DNA from: an uncultured Bacilli bacterium | GTDB lineage: Bacteria; Bacillota_I; Bacilli_A; RF39; UBA660 | Length of the DNA stretch: 63,761 bases | Direction: 5' to 3' | NCBI GenBank assembly: GCA_934087515.1 | Contig: CAKOIY010000002.1 | Span: 1-63,761 of the forward strand | In this document: positions 28,356 to 38,576 of the stretch, in pieces | Position numbering within the stretch: the first letter of the stretch is position 1 | Layout of the letters: every line of letters begins with the position of its first letter | Position numbers and translations under genes: made by a program | Notes under the pieces: model-generated | What the model was told of the DNA's origin: nothing | Databases searched by the model: none | What the model saw: the letters and a program-made list of their open reading frames with translations, nothing else

Positions 28356-29233
28356 AGTATTCTACTGGTATTTGAAAAGTTTTTCTTTGCTATTTTGTTT
28401 AATATATCTTTTCCATATTTTTCTGTTAGTTCTTCTCCTATTTTATCTACGTTTTGACCACTTCCTTTTGGAAGGGGAATATGGTATGTATCTGATAGTT
28501 TGTCAAATTCTTTTAGAAAAATATATCTACTTATGATAGATGAACATGCTACTGCCATATTTTTTGTTTCTGCTTTAGTTATAAATGTTATATTTTTTAC
28601 AGGATTTGGTATATCTTTTAAATATGAATAGTATCTATTTTCTTTAGCAAATTCATCTATTATTATATAGTCTAGTTTTTCTTTTGTTTTTTCTAGGATA
28701 AGTGATAGTGCTTTGTTATGCATTATTGCTTTTATTTTATTCATATTGTTTTCTTTTGAATATTTTTGATTATATTCTTCGTTTGATAGGATTATGCTTT
28801 TGTATTTTATTTTTTTGATTATTTCTGGTGCTATTTTTTTTATTTTGTCATCAGTTATTTTTTTTGAGTCGGTGCATCCTAGTTTTTTTAGAAATTCTAT
28901 GTCTTCTTTTTTTACTAGAGATGCTGTTACTACTATGGGGCCAAAATAGTCTCCTGTTCCTACTTCGTCTGAGCCTACAGATGTTGTATTTAAGTAATCT
29001 ATTTTATTTGTATCTTCTTCATCGTTTTCTTTTAGGGCTTTCCACATATTAGCATCAACAAAGGCACTTGTTCCTTGAAACATACATTTTCCAGAGTTAT
29101 ATAGTGTTATGATTGTGTCTTCTTCTTGGGCTTGGAAAATGGCATAGGGAGGAGTTTTATCTCTTTTTTTATCTTTATAGTATTCTATCATTTTGTTTTT
29201 TGTTTCTTCATCAACTTTTATTACAATATTCAT
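28337..29233 (-). CDS. rnhC: Ribonuclease HIII
   Basis: N-terminal substrate-binding domain plus catalytic DEVGTGDYFGP. I moved the start to ATG 29233 after an AGGTGA SD. Confidence 0.85.
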   Translation of the reverse strand: MNIVIKVDEETKNKMIEYYKDKKRDKTPPYAIFQAQEEDTIITLYNSGKCMFQGTSAFVDANMWKALKENDEEDTNKIDYLNTTSVGSDEVGTGDYFGPIVVTASLVKKEDIEFLKKLGCTDSKKITDDKIKKIAPEIIKKIKYKSIILSNEEYNQKYSKENNMNKIKAIMHNKALSLILEKTKEKLDYIIIDEFAKENRYYSYLKDIPNPVKNITFITKAETKNMAVACSSIISRYIFLKEFDKLSDTYHIPLPKGSGQNVDKIGEELTEKYGKDILNKIAKKNFSNTSRILKTRVI

Positions 29234-29358
29234 TTGTATCACCTTTTTTATTATAACATAAAAGTGTTGTTTTTTTTGTAAAATGTTTACATTTTGGTTT
29301 TGAAATTTATTGTTATGGTGTTATAATACCAATTGAAACGAATTATTGGAGGTTTTTT

Positions 29359-30309
29359 ATGAAAAATTATGGAATAAGAAATTTTAAATATGCTAATGTT
29401 GATACTTTTACTTCAGATATAGGAATAAAATTAAGAAGAGGTATTAATCCTGTTTTAAGGCCTATACTTAAGGCTGCTACTAATGGTAAGGTTATTATAG
29501 AAAACTATCCTGAACTTGAGAAGGGAAAGCCTTATATATTTGCTTCTACTCATAATTTTGTTGAGGATTCTATTGCTAATCTTGGTAGTATTGATAGGAA
29601 TGCGTATTTGCTTTTTGGAACTTCTGATCAACTTGAGGTTAATAAAGATATGTATTTTGCTTGGCTTAATGGTTTTATTTATGTTGATAGAAAGGATGAT
29701 AGTAATAGAAAAGATGCTCTTAATAAGATGGAAAGATTGCTTGAATCTGGTACTAGTGTTTTAATTTTTCCAGAGGGTGGTTTTAATAATACTGAGAATT
29801 TACTTAGTCAAAAGTTATTTGCTAGTCCTTATGTTCTTGCTAAAAGAACTGGAGCTAAGGTTGTTCCTGTTGCTCCATTTAATGAATTTGGTAGTAAGAA
29901 TATATATATGAATTATGGAAATCCTATTGATTTTTCTAAAGTTAAAAGTAAAGATGAAGGAAAAAGAATACTTCGTGATGAACTTGCGACTCTTCTTTGG
30001 GAGAATATGGAAAGAAATGCTCCGCGTGTTAAGAGAAATGAGTTAGGAGCAGATCCTAGGTTAGATTATATGGAGGAAAGAAGACAAGCTTATTTAAAGA
30101 CAAAATGGACAAAGGATGTTTTTGATGAAGAACTTACTAGATATTATGATAAAGATGATAAAGAACTTATGAGTATTATGGATGATGTAGATAAAATAGA
30201 TGTCAATGAAAAAAATGCTGGTATTATTGCTCCTGTTTTGGTAAGAAAAAGAGAAAATGAAAAGTATGATTTTAAAGAATATATGCATAAGAATTGGAAT
30301 AAAAGATAA
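29359..30309 (+). CDS. Lysophospholipid (1-acyl-sn-glycerol-3-phosphate) acyltransferase family protein
   Basis: HX4D motif (HNFVED) and FPEGG motif. GGAGG SD. Confidence 0.7.
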   Translation: MKNYGIRNFKYANVDTFTSDIGIKLRRGINPVLRPILKAATNGKVIIENYPELEKGKPYIFASTHNFVEDSIANLGSIDRNAYLLFGTSDQLEVNKDMYFAWLNGFIYVDRKDDSNRKDALNKMERLLESGTSVLIFPEGGFNNTENLLSQKLFASPYVLAKRTGAKVVPVAPFNEFGSKNIYMNYGNPIDFSKVKSKDEGKRILRDELATLLWENMERNAPRVKRNELGADPRLDYMEERRQAYLKTKWTKDVFDEELTRYYDKDDKELMSIMDDVDKIDVNEKNAGIIAPVLVRKRENEKYDFKEYMHKNWNKR

Positions 30310-30387
30310 TCTTACAAATTATACTTTTTTTTGTTTGTTCTTTGGTATTTGTGTGATACAATATAGGTAAGAATAGGTGGTGTTATT

Positions 30388-32226
30388 ATGAATTTTTTGT
30401 CTATGGAATTTGAAATTCCATTAATTTCATTTATTTTTATACTTTTTTTGTTGATTAGTTTTTATTCTAAGGAAAGGGTTAATTTTGTTGAAAATAAAAC
30501 TTATGAGGTGATTCTTATTACTTCTTTGATATCTTCACTACTTGATACTATAGTTCATGTTATGAGTGCTTTAACTACATATGATGTTTTATCTACTAAG
30601 TATTATGTTATTGTTGATTATATTAATAAGTTTGTCGGAACATCTTTTGTGGTTGTATTTACATGTTTGCTTTCTTATGTTTTACTTATATCTTATAGGA
30701 AACTTAGGGATAATCCTAAAGTTATATGGAGATTTATAATTATTACTTCTTTGTTATTTTTCTGTTTTACTAATTTTAATCATGTAACTATTACTGAAGA
30801 AGCATTTGCTAGAAATACTACGGGGCTTACTATTTCTGGTGCTTATGTTATTGTTGCTATTGAATTATTTTTGGCTATGATACTTAGTGTAAAGAATTTT
30901 AAGAAAAATGATAAGAGATATTATACTATATTTTTTATTACTTCTATGATGATTGTTTTGTATATTTTATCTGTTTTATTTAGAGGATTAATTATTTATG
31001 ATTTGATACTTGCTCTTCTTTGTTATATTATGTATTTTACTATTGAGAATCCAGACTCTAGGATGATTACGACACTTCTTAGAAATAAGGAACTTGTTGA
31101 ATCTACTGTAAATGATAAGTCTAATTTTTTATTTAAAGTTTCTCAGGATATGAAACGACCTGTTAAAGATATAATTGATAAGTCTAAGAAATATAGAAGT
31201 GTAAAAAATATTAGTGATAAAGATAAACTTGTTTTAGAAATTGAACAGGATGCTAATAATGCATATTTTATTATGAATGACATTGCTAATGTTTCTAGTA
31301 TGGATGTTAAAAAGCTTAATGTTTATGAAAATAAGTATCTTTCTTCTAAGTTATTTACTGATGTTAAGGTTGTTGCTAAGAATAAGATTGGTAATAGTAA
31401 AAAGGATATTGATTTTAAATTTGAAATATTTAATGATTGTCCAGAATATTTATATGGGGATTATGTTAAATTAAGACAAATACTTCTTTCTATTATTTCA
31501 AATAGTATAAAATATACAGAAAGAGGATTTATTGATGTTGAGGTTGATTCTATTGTTAGATATGATATTTGTCGTTTGATTTTTACTATTAAAGATTCTG
31601 GTAAGGGAATGAGTATTGAACAAGTTAATAATATTTTATCTAGTACAGATGAGATTGATATTGAGAAATTTGGGAATAATGATAATTTAGATCTTAAATT
31701 ACCTGTTATTATAAAAATATTAAAAATACTTGGAGGTTCTATTAGTATTAGAAGTGAAGAGGGGAAAGGTACTTCTGTGGTAGTTGTTATTGATCAAAGA
31801 ATTGAAGCTTCTTTGGAGAAAAAGATTGTAGATGGTGCTAGGAAGTATAATGTTGAAAATAAGAATAAAAAAAGAGTTTTTGTTGCTTATGATGATGATA
31901 ATACTTTAGAAAAAATTGATAGGATTATTTCTAAGTATGATGTAGATGTTGTTTCTACTTTAATTGGAAATGATATTTTAGGTAAGATTAGATCTGGTGA
32001 TGAATTTGATTTAATTATACTTAAGGATGATATGAAACCTGATACTGCTTATAGTATTTTTAATGAATTAAAGAAATTTAAGAAGTTTAATACTCCAGTT
32101 GTAGTTATGATTAATAAAGATAAAGAATTTATTAAAGAACATTTTATAAATGATGGTTTTAGTGATGTTATTGTTATTGAGAGTTTTGATAATGATATAA
32201 AAAGGGTATGTGATAAATATTTATAA
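30388..32226 (+). CDS. Membrane hybrid sensor kinase-like protein with a degenerate H-box and a C-terminal receiver-like domain
   Basis: At least 6 TM helices. The DHp-like segment FLFKVSQDMKRPV has Gln where the phospho-His is expected. HATPase_c motifs (DSGKGMS, GGSISIRSEEGKGTS). REC-like C-terminus. Confidence 0.7.
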   Translation: MNFLSMEFEIPLISFIFILFLLISFYSKERVNFVENKTYEVILITSLISSLLDTIVHVMSALTTYDVLSTKYYVIVDYINKFVGTSFVVVFTCLLSYVLLISYRKLRDNPKVIWRFIIITSLLFFCFTNFNHVTITEEAFARNTTGLTISGAYVIVAIELFLAMILSVKNFKKNDKRYYTIFFITSMMIVLYILSVLFRGLIIYDLILALLCYIMYFTIENPDSRMITTLLRNKELVESTVNDKSNFLFKVSQDMKRPVKDIIDKSKKYRSVKNISDKDKLVLEIEQDANNAYFIMNDIANVSSMDVKKLNVYENKYLSSKLFTDVKVVAKNKIGNSKKDIDFKFEIFNDCPEYLYGDYVKLRQILLSIISNSIKYTERGFIDVEVDSIVRYDICRLIFTIKDSGKGMSIEQVNNILSSTDEIDIEKFGNNDNLDLKLPVIIKILKILGGSISIRSEEGKGTSVVVVIDQRIEASLEKKIVDGARKYNVENKNKKRVFVAYDDDNTLEKIDRIISKYDVDVVSTLIGNDILGKIRSGDEFDLIILKDDMKPDTAYSIFNELKKFKKFNTPVVVMINKDKEFIKEHFINDGFSDVIVIESFDNDIKRVCDKYL

Positions 32227-32302
32227 AAGGACTTAGGTCTTTTTTTTTTGCAAAGAAATTATATTTGTTTTTCTTTTTTCATATAAATATATAGGTGGTT
32301 AT

Positions 32303-33361
32303 ATGAAAAGGTTTTATTTTTTAATTAGTATTTGTTTTATGTTGATGTTAGTACCTAGTTGTGTGTGTGCTAGTGATATTTTTAGTAATTATATAGTTAT
32401 GGATATGGAAAGTGGTAGAGTTTTTTATGAAAAGGCTAGTGATGAGAAAAGATTACCTGCTTCTACTACGAAGATTATGACTTTGGTTGTGGGGCTTGAA
32501 AATTCTAATCTTAGTGATGTTGTTAGAGTTGGAGATGAGATTCTTACTATGGATGGCTCTAATATTTATGTTGAAATTGGAGAAAATATATTAATGCAAG
32601 ATCTTATGTATGGTATGATTTTGAGAAGTGGTAATGATGCTTCGATGGTTATTGCTAAGAATGCAGGGGGTACTGTTGATAATTTTGTTAAACTTATGAA
32701 TGAAAAAGCTAGAAGTTTAGGACTTGAAAATACAGTTTTTAATAATCCTAGTGGACTTGATGATTATGAGAAGAATATAACTACTGTTAGGGATTTGAGT
32801 TTGATATATAGATATGGTTATAGGAATAAGATTTTTAGAGATATAGTGGGTTCTAAAACTTATAGTAGTTCTAGTGATAAGAAGAGTTATTATTTTGTTA
32901 ATCGTTCTAAGATTATTAATATGGATAAGAGGATAACGGGTGCTAAGACTGGTTATACTCCGGATGCTGGTAGGGTACTTGTGTCTAGTGCTAGTAATGG
33001 AGATTTAGATGTTGTTATTAGTTCTATTAGTAAGATAGATTATGGTTATGGAGAGCATATTAATTTTTATAATAGTGTTTTTTCAAAGTATAGAAAATAT
33101 ATGATTTTAGATAAATATCATTTTGATGTTAATTCTAATTTTAAGGGAAAACTTTATATAAAAGATTCTTTTTCTTATCCTGTTAGTAGCGAGGAAAAAG
33201 ATAAAATAGATAAGAAGATTGTTTATAATGGTAAAAAGGATGGTGTTGTGGGAGAGGTTTTGGTTTATTTGGATAGTGATTTAATTCATAAGGAAAGGAT
33301 ATATTTAAAGAAGGATAAGATTAGTTTTTTTGATAGGATTAAGGCTTTCTTTGGTGTTTAG
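32303..33361 (+). CDS. D-alanyl-D-alanine carboxypeptidase (S11, PBP5-like)
   Basis: Signal peptide and the SxxK (ASTTK), SGN and KTG motifs in the correct order. Confidence 0.85.
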   Translation: MKRFYFLISICFMLMLVPSCVCASDIFSNYIVMDMESGRVFYEKASDEKRLPASTTKIMTLVVGLENSNLSDVVRVGDEILTMDGSNIYVEIGENILMQDLMYGMILRSGNDASMVIAKNAGGTVDNFVKLMNEKARSLGLENTVFNNPSGLDDYEKNITTVRDLSLIYRYGYRNKIFRDIVGSKTYSSSSDKKSYYFVNRSKIINMDKRITGAKTGYTPDAGRVLVSSASNGDLDVVISSISKIDYGYGEHINFYNSVFSKYRKYMILDKYHFDVNSNFKGKLYIKDSFSYPVSSEEKDKIDKKIVYNGKKDGVVGEVLVYLDSDLIHKERIYLKKDKISFFDRIKAFFGV

Positions 33362-33446
33362 AAAGATAGATTTTTTATGAGATGTTTATTCTCTTTTTTA
33401 CTTGCTTATTTTTGTTTTTTGCTTTATAATTTATGCAGGTGATTTT

Positions 33447-34172
33447 ATGGAGAGATTACAAAAGATGATTGCATCTTCTGGTTATACTTCTAGGAGAAAG
33501 GCTGAGGAACTTATTACTGCTGGTAGAGTATCTGTTAATGGAGAAATTGTTAATGAGCTTGGATTTAAGGTTAGTTCTAAAGATAAAGTTTATGTTGATG
33601 GGGTTTTACTTGAGAGGGAGAATAAGGTCTATTATTTGCTTAATAAGCCTCGCGAGGTTGTGTGTACTACACTAGATGATAAGCATAGAAAGATTATTAC
33701 TTCTTTAATTGATACTGATCTTAGAATATTTCCTGTTGGAAGACTTGATTATGATACTACGGGTCTTATTATTTTGACTAATGATGGGGAGTTTGCTAAT
33801 TTGATGACTAGTCCTAAGAATAAGATTGAAAAGGTTTATGTTGCTAAGATTGATGGTATGCTTTTACCTAATGAGATGATGGCTCTTAAGAAGGGAGTTG
33901 TTATTGATGGTGTTAAGACTAGAAAAGCTCGTGTTAAAATTAAAAAGTATGATAAGAGAACTAATACTAGTATTATTGAACTTGGTATTACTGAGGGTAG
34001 GAATCATCAGGTTAAGAGAATGTTTTCTGAGGTTGGACACAAGGTTTTAAAGTTAAAGAGAGAGAGAATTGCTTTTCTTACTTTGGATGGGCTTGCTTCT
34101 AAGGATTATAGGGGTCTTACTCCTAAAGAGGTTAAACAACTTTATAATTTGGCTGTTAATGAAAATAAATAA
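33447..34172 (+). CDS. rRNA pseudouridine synthase (RsuA/RluB family)
   Basis: S4 domain (SGYTSRRKAEELI) and catalytic GRLDYDTTGL. I moved the start to ATG 33447 after an AGGTGA SD. Confidence 0.85.
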   Translation: MERLQKMIASSGYTSRRKAEELITAGRVSVNGEIVNELGFKVSSKDKVYVDGVLLERENKVYYLLNKPREVVCTTLDDKHRKIITSLIDTDLRIFPVGRLDYDTTGLIILTNDGEFANLMTSPKNKIEKVYVAKIDGMLLPNEMMALKKGVVIDGVKTRKARVKIKKYDKRTNTSIIELGITEGRNHQVKRMFSEVGHKVLKLKRERIAFLTLDGLASKDYRGLTPKEVKQLYNLAVNENK

Positions 34173-34198
34173 ATTGGATGTAATAAGTCCAATTTTTT
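34171..34198 (+). terminator. Intrinsic terminator
   Basis: AAATTGGA-9 nt-TCCAATTT running into a T-run. Confidence 0.7.
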
Positions 34199-34199
34199 C

Positions 34200-34228
34200 T
34201 TGAAAAATTTTATGAATAATAGTATTAT
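34200..34228 (+). promoter_or_regulatory. Putative promoter of surface-protein family member 2
   Basis: TTGAAA-17 nt-TATTAT, followed by AATACTAAGGAG SD, 7 nt before ATG 34263. Confidence 0.5.
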
Positions 34229-34262
34229 ATTAATTGTAGAAAAATACTAAGGAGTGATAAGT

Positions 34263-37200
34263 ATGCTTAAGAACGAAGAAAATTTCACTAACGAACATTC
34301 GTTCGGGGGGGGGGTATTTAAATAACACTAATAACAAAAGAAATAAGTTAAAGTTTGTAACTATTATTCTTGTTTTTTTACTTATTGTTATAGGATTTAG
34401 TTTTGCTGTTTTTAATTATACTTTTTTTGGAAATGCTAGTGTTATTACTGCTAAGGATGTTGAACTTAGATTTTTGGAGTCAAATTCGGAAGTAATTGCT
34501 ATTAATAATGGTTTACCTATGACGGATGAGGATGGTATGAACCAAGATAAAACTGGTAATGTGTTTGATTTTGAAGTTAGGTCTAAGGTGGGATATGATT
34601 CAGATATAAAGTATGATTTGGTTTTAGAAAAGTTAGATGTTGATGCTGGTTTAGGTCAAGTAAGTGATAGTGATGTTAAGGTATATATTGAAGATTTTAA
34701 TGGTAATACGGTGTTAGAGCCTACTAGGGTTAGTGATCTTAAAAACTATAATTTGATAGAAAAGACTAATCATCATAGTGCTAATAAATCTATAATAAGT
34801 AATAAGTATAGATTAAAGGTTTGGCTTGATAAGAATTATGATATTTTTACTGGTAAGGAGATGCAGTATAAGTTTAAGATTGGTGTAAAAGTGGAACAAA
34901 AAAATCAGGATTTGAATAAGCAATATACAATAATATATAATTCTAATGGTGGTACTGGTTCTATGGAGAATACTGTTTTTAAGGTTGGGTCTCAAGGTAA
35001 GCTTTCTAAGAATGTTTTTATTAAGACGGGTTATGATTTTATAGGGTGGAGTACTAAAAAAGGATCTAGTTCTGTAAAGTATGATGATGAGTCTGTTATT
35101 AGTGATGTATCTTCTTTTTATGATGGTAAGGTTAAATTATATGCAGTATGGAAAGTTAGTATTTATAATGTTAAAGTTAATGTGGTTAATGGTAAGTTGT
35201 CTGGTGAAAGTGAGAAACAGGTTAATTATAATGAAAGTGTAAAATTTGATGGAGTAAGTGCTAGTACTGGTTATGATAGGCCTTCTATTAGTTGTACAAA
35301 TGGTCAAAGTGCAGTTATAAATGGTAATGTAATTACAACAGGTAAGATTACAAAAGATACAGTATGTACAGTAACTTATAAGGCTAACGAACTTAAGTTT
35401 GATAATCAAACTGTTGATAGGGATTATAGTGATAATGTTCAAAGTATTAATTTGACAGGTGCTAGTAATGGAACTGGTTCTTATACTTATCAAATAGTGT
35501 CTGGTAATAGTAATAATTATTTTAGTATTAATGGACTTGCTTTGTCTATAAAAGCTGGTACTTCAGCTGGTGTATACACTTTAACTGTAAGGGCTATTGA
35601 TACTAAATCTAATATGACAAAAGATATAAATGTATCTATTACTATTAATAGAATATCTCCGGCGATAAAATCAGAAGATAAAACAGTTGATTATACAGGA
35701 AGTAGGATAGAGTATGTAGCTACAAGTAATTCAAGTGGTGGGTTTATTTATGAATATTATAATGATGTTGGTTGTGTTAGTTCTAATAAACTAGCAGATA
35801 ATCCTATTAATGCTGGTTTATATAGTGTTAAAGTAAAACAAGTGGCAAGTGGTAATTATACAAGTGGCGAAAAATGTTCTAGTTTAACAATAAATAAAAT
35901 TAATAATACAGTAGTGATTAATGGAAATAGTCTAACATATACAGGCGGTTCACAAAAGTTAGTTAGAGTATCTTCTAATCAGGGAGATGTATATTATAGT
36001 GTTGGTACTGAACTTACAAAGAGCAATTATTCAACAAGTGGTAGTACTTTAATACCAGAAGAAACAAATGCTGGTACATATAAGGTTTATTATTATGTGA
36101 TTGGTAATAATAATTATAATGCTAAGTCTGGTAGTGTTGATGTAGTAATTGCTAAATCAAATACTTCTACTACGCTTGTTTCTAAGGCTACTACTGTTTA
36201 TACTGGTTCTTCTGTAAGTTCTAATACTGCTACTTCTAAACTTAGTAGTAATAATAGTTTGCTTAGTGGTAGTTATACTTATGAGTATTATAATGGTTCT
36301 AGTTGTAGTGGTACTAAACTTAGTAATGTTCCTAAAAATAAAGGTACTTATAGTGTTAAAGCTATTTTGACTGGGACAAGTAATTATAATGGTTCTACTA
36401 GTGGCTGTGTTAATCATGTGATTTCTGCTAAGGATTTGACAATAATTGCTAGAGATCAGACAATTAATCAAGGAGATAGGATTTTGACTTCTACAAGTAA
36501 TGTTTCTGTTTCAGGATTAGTTGGTTATGATAGTTTAACTAGTATTATTTTAACACCTAGTACTAATGCTGTAACTACTAGTGGAACTATAACGCCAAGT
36601 GGAGCTAAAATTGTTGATTCTGATGGAAATGATGTAACTAGTAATTATAATATTTCTTATAAGAATGGTGTATTGGTTATTAATGGAATTAAATATACTG
36701 TTTCTTTGAAGAAGGGTACTGGTGTAGATAAGCTTTCTGCTGATTATGTTACTTGTACAACATCTGGAACAAGTTCTAGTTGTGCTATTAAGTTGCCTAC
36801 TATTACTAGTTCTTCTACATATGGTCCTGGCTTTTTTGGGACAAGTTCATCAACAATTGGATCTTTAAGTCCTGGTGATACTATAACTGTAAGTTCTAAT
36901 AAAACTTATTATGCTTTGGCAAAGAAAATGTCAATTAGTTTTGTTACTGAGAATGGTTCAGAGGTTAATTCTACTTATGGGTGGTCTAATGAAAAGAATG
37001 TTATTGCTACTTATTCTTATAGATGTGGTGTAAATGGTGTTACATGTACTTTTGATTCTAGTGAAGAAGGAGGAATGACTGATAAAATAGTATCTGAGAC
37101 TTTAAAAAATACTGATACATATAGTAATAGGTTTACTCATAAAGGTATTGTTAATGCTTCCATGACTTTTAATGGGTCTACTGTAAATAATAGTATTTCT

Positions 37201-38013
37201 GTAGTTAAGGTTGGTTATGCGGCGACAACTCTTTTGAATAAGGGTGTTGTTACTTCTGGTTCTGGTTTATATCAAGATGCATATGAGGGTACTGGAGGAG
37301 TTAGATTTATTTATAGAGGATCTGGCCCTAATAATTATTTTAAAGTTGGTTCAGATAGTGTTGTGTGGAGAATAGTTGCAATTGAGCCTGATGGAACGTT
37401 AAAGATAGTTAGAAATGAAAACTATACAAGTGCTGGGACGATAGCTTGGGGTTCTGTTAGTAATTTTGCTGGTTCTGGTTTTGCTACATCAGGTGAGGCT
37501 TTTAATCAAAAACTTTATAAGGATGTACCTGGTGGTGGTAATCCTAAATATACGCAAGTTTATCATATGGTTGCTAATAAAAATTGGCCGTGTGGAACTA
37601 TTCCTACTGCTACTCCTGGAAATTCTATGGCGACTACTATTGCTCAGGAACGTAATACTAGTACATGTAATGTTTTGGCTGATGGTAGTGGTTCTTCAAT
37701 AGGATTATTGTCAATAAGTGATTTTCTAAGAGCTAGTTCTAATTCTACTTGTACTTCTATGGCTGCTTCAAGAAAAAGTACTTCTAATTGTAATAATAAC
37801 TGGCTTACTAGATCTTCAGATTCTCTTATACCAACAATGAATGCTTCTTCTGATCAATCTAATTATGTTGTATGGAAAAATGAAAATAATATGTCTGGTG
37901 TTGGAAGAACTACTAAGCAATATCCTAAGTATGCAGCTTATTATCAAGGAACTACTGATCTTTTAAGTGGTTCTGGAACTTTATCTAGTCCGTATTTATT
38001 TAGAGGTTATTAG
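34263..38013 (+). CDS. Surface-protein family member 2, frameshifted at a G10 tract (phase-OFF as sequenced); about 1249 aa if the tract were G9 or G12
   Basis: ATG 34263 with SD. G10 at 34305-34314 leads to a stop at 34323 in the start frame. The +1 frame is open from 34261 to 38013 and encodes the TM helix (FVTIILVFLLIVIGF) upstream of the ORF-track start at 34474. Contains the shared N-domain, a Listeria-Bacteroides repeat, Ig/MBG-like repeats and a C-terminal domain of unknown type. Confidence 0.8.
34305..34314 (+). repeat. Poly-G (G10) homopolymer inside the 5' coding region
   Basis: Counted directly: gttc-gggggggggg-tattt. The flank CATTCGTTC is identical to that of the tract at 62598. 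Confidence 0.95.
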
Positions 38014-38022
38014 GAGGAATAT

Positions 38023-38451
38023 ATGAAAGATAAAAAGATTTTGATTATGGTAATTATTTTTGTTTTTGTTGGTATTTGTATTTTTGCTGGATTTAGGATA
38101 TTTGATAGAAACCTTGATGCTTTACCTAAGAATAAAGTTATTAAAAATACTAATTCTGGTGTTATAGAAAATAAAGTGGTGAAGGGAATTGAGTTTTCTG
38201 AAGTTTCTTTAAATTCTGAAAATGGAAATGCTTTGTATAAAGGGAAAATTACTAATAAAACTAGTGATTCTATTTATATTAGAAGTATAGAAATTGTTGT
38301 TAAGAATAGTTATGGCCTTGAGATAGTTAGTTTAAATTGTAATGTTGGACGTAAGATAGGTGTTAATGAAAGTACTAATATTGAAGCTATGACTACTATG
38401 GATTTACCGAATGATGTAGCGTTTTCTTTGGAATATATTATTAATAAATAA
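38023..38451 (+). CDS. Small membrane-anchored protein downstream of family member 2
   Basis: AGGAGG SD, 9 nt after the preceding stop. One TM helix followed by a ~110-aa extracellular domain. Confidence 0.6.
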   Translation: MKDKKILIMVIIFVFVGICIFAGFRIFDRNLDALPKNKVIKNTNSGVIENKVVKGIEFSEVSLNSENGNALYKGKITNKTSDSIYIRSIEIVVKNSYGLEIVSLNCNVGRKIGVNESTNIEAMTTMDLPNDVAFSLEYIINK

Positions 38452-38456
38452 TTTAC

Positions 38457-38485
38457 TTGCATATTCTTGTTATAAAGACTATAAT
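38457..38485 (+). promoter_or_regulatory. Sigma-A-type promoter upstream of the pyrH leader
   Basis: TTGCAT-17 nt-TATAAT. Confidence 0.6.
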
Positions 38486-38491
38486 TTATGT

Positions 38492-38552
38492 GGAGGTAAT
38501 TCTATGAGACTAAATTAAATTGGTATTATTTATTATTTGTTTAGTCTTTTTG
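38492..38552 (+). promoter_or_regulatory. pyrH leader: SD + 4-codon mini-ORF (MRLN*) overlapping a hairpin/T-run
   Basis: GGAGGTAATTCTATGAGACTAAATTAA mimics the pyrH initiation region GGAGGTAATATGAGA. AGACTAAA (38507-14) pairs with TTTAGTCT (38540-47), followed by TTTTgTTTT. Confidence 0.4.
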
Positions 38553-38576
38553 TTTTACTTTTAATTTGGAGGTAAT

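Noticed and set aside
28302-28360. Hairpin after the candidate variable region as a DGR homing cruciform or IMH element
   Set aside because: It is an AT-rich A7-stem-T5 structure shared with the convergent rnhC gene. An ordinary bidirectional terminator explains it fully. No GC-rich IMH can be defined without the template repeat.
34292-34305. Short hairpin CGAAC-ATTC-GTTCG abutting the G tract as a functional element
   Set aside because: The 5' arm is not conserved at the second locus, where it reads CAAAC. The pairing is therefore probably incidental to the conserved coding sequence.
34474-38013. TTG 34474 as the genuine start of the 1179-aa ORF
   Set aside because: The frame is open a further 213 nt upstream. 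That stretch encodes the basic tail and TM/signal segment seen in the intact paralog. There is no SD before 34474, and a product starting there would lack any export signal.
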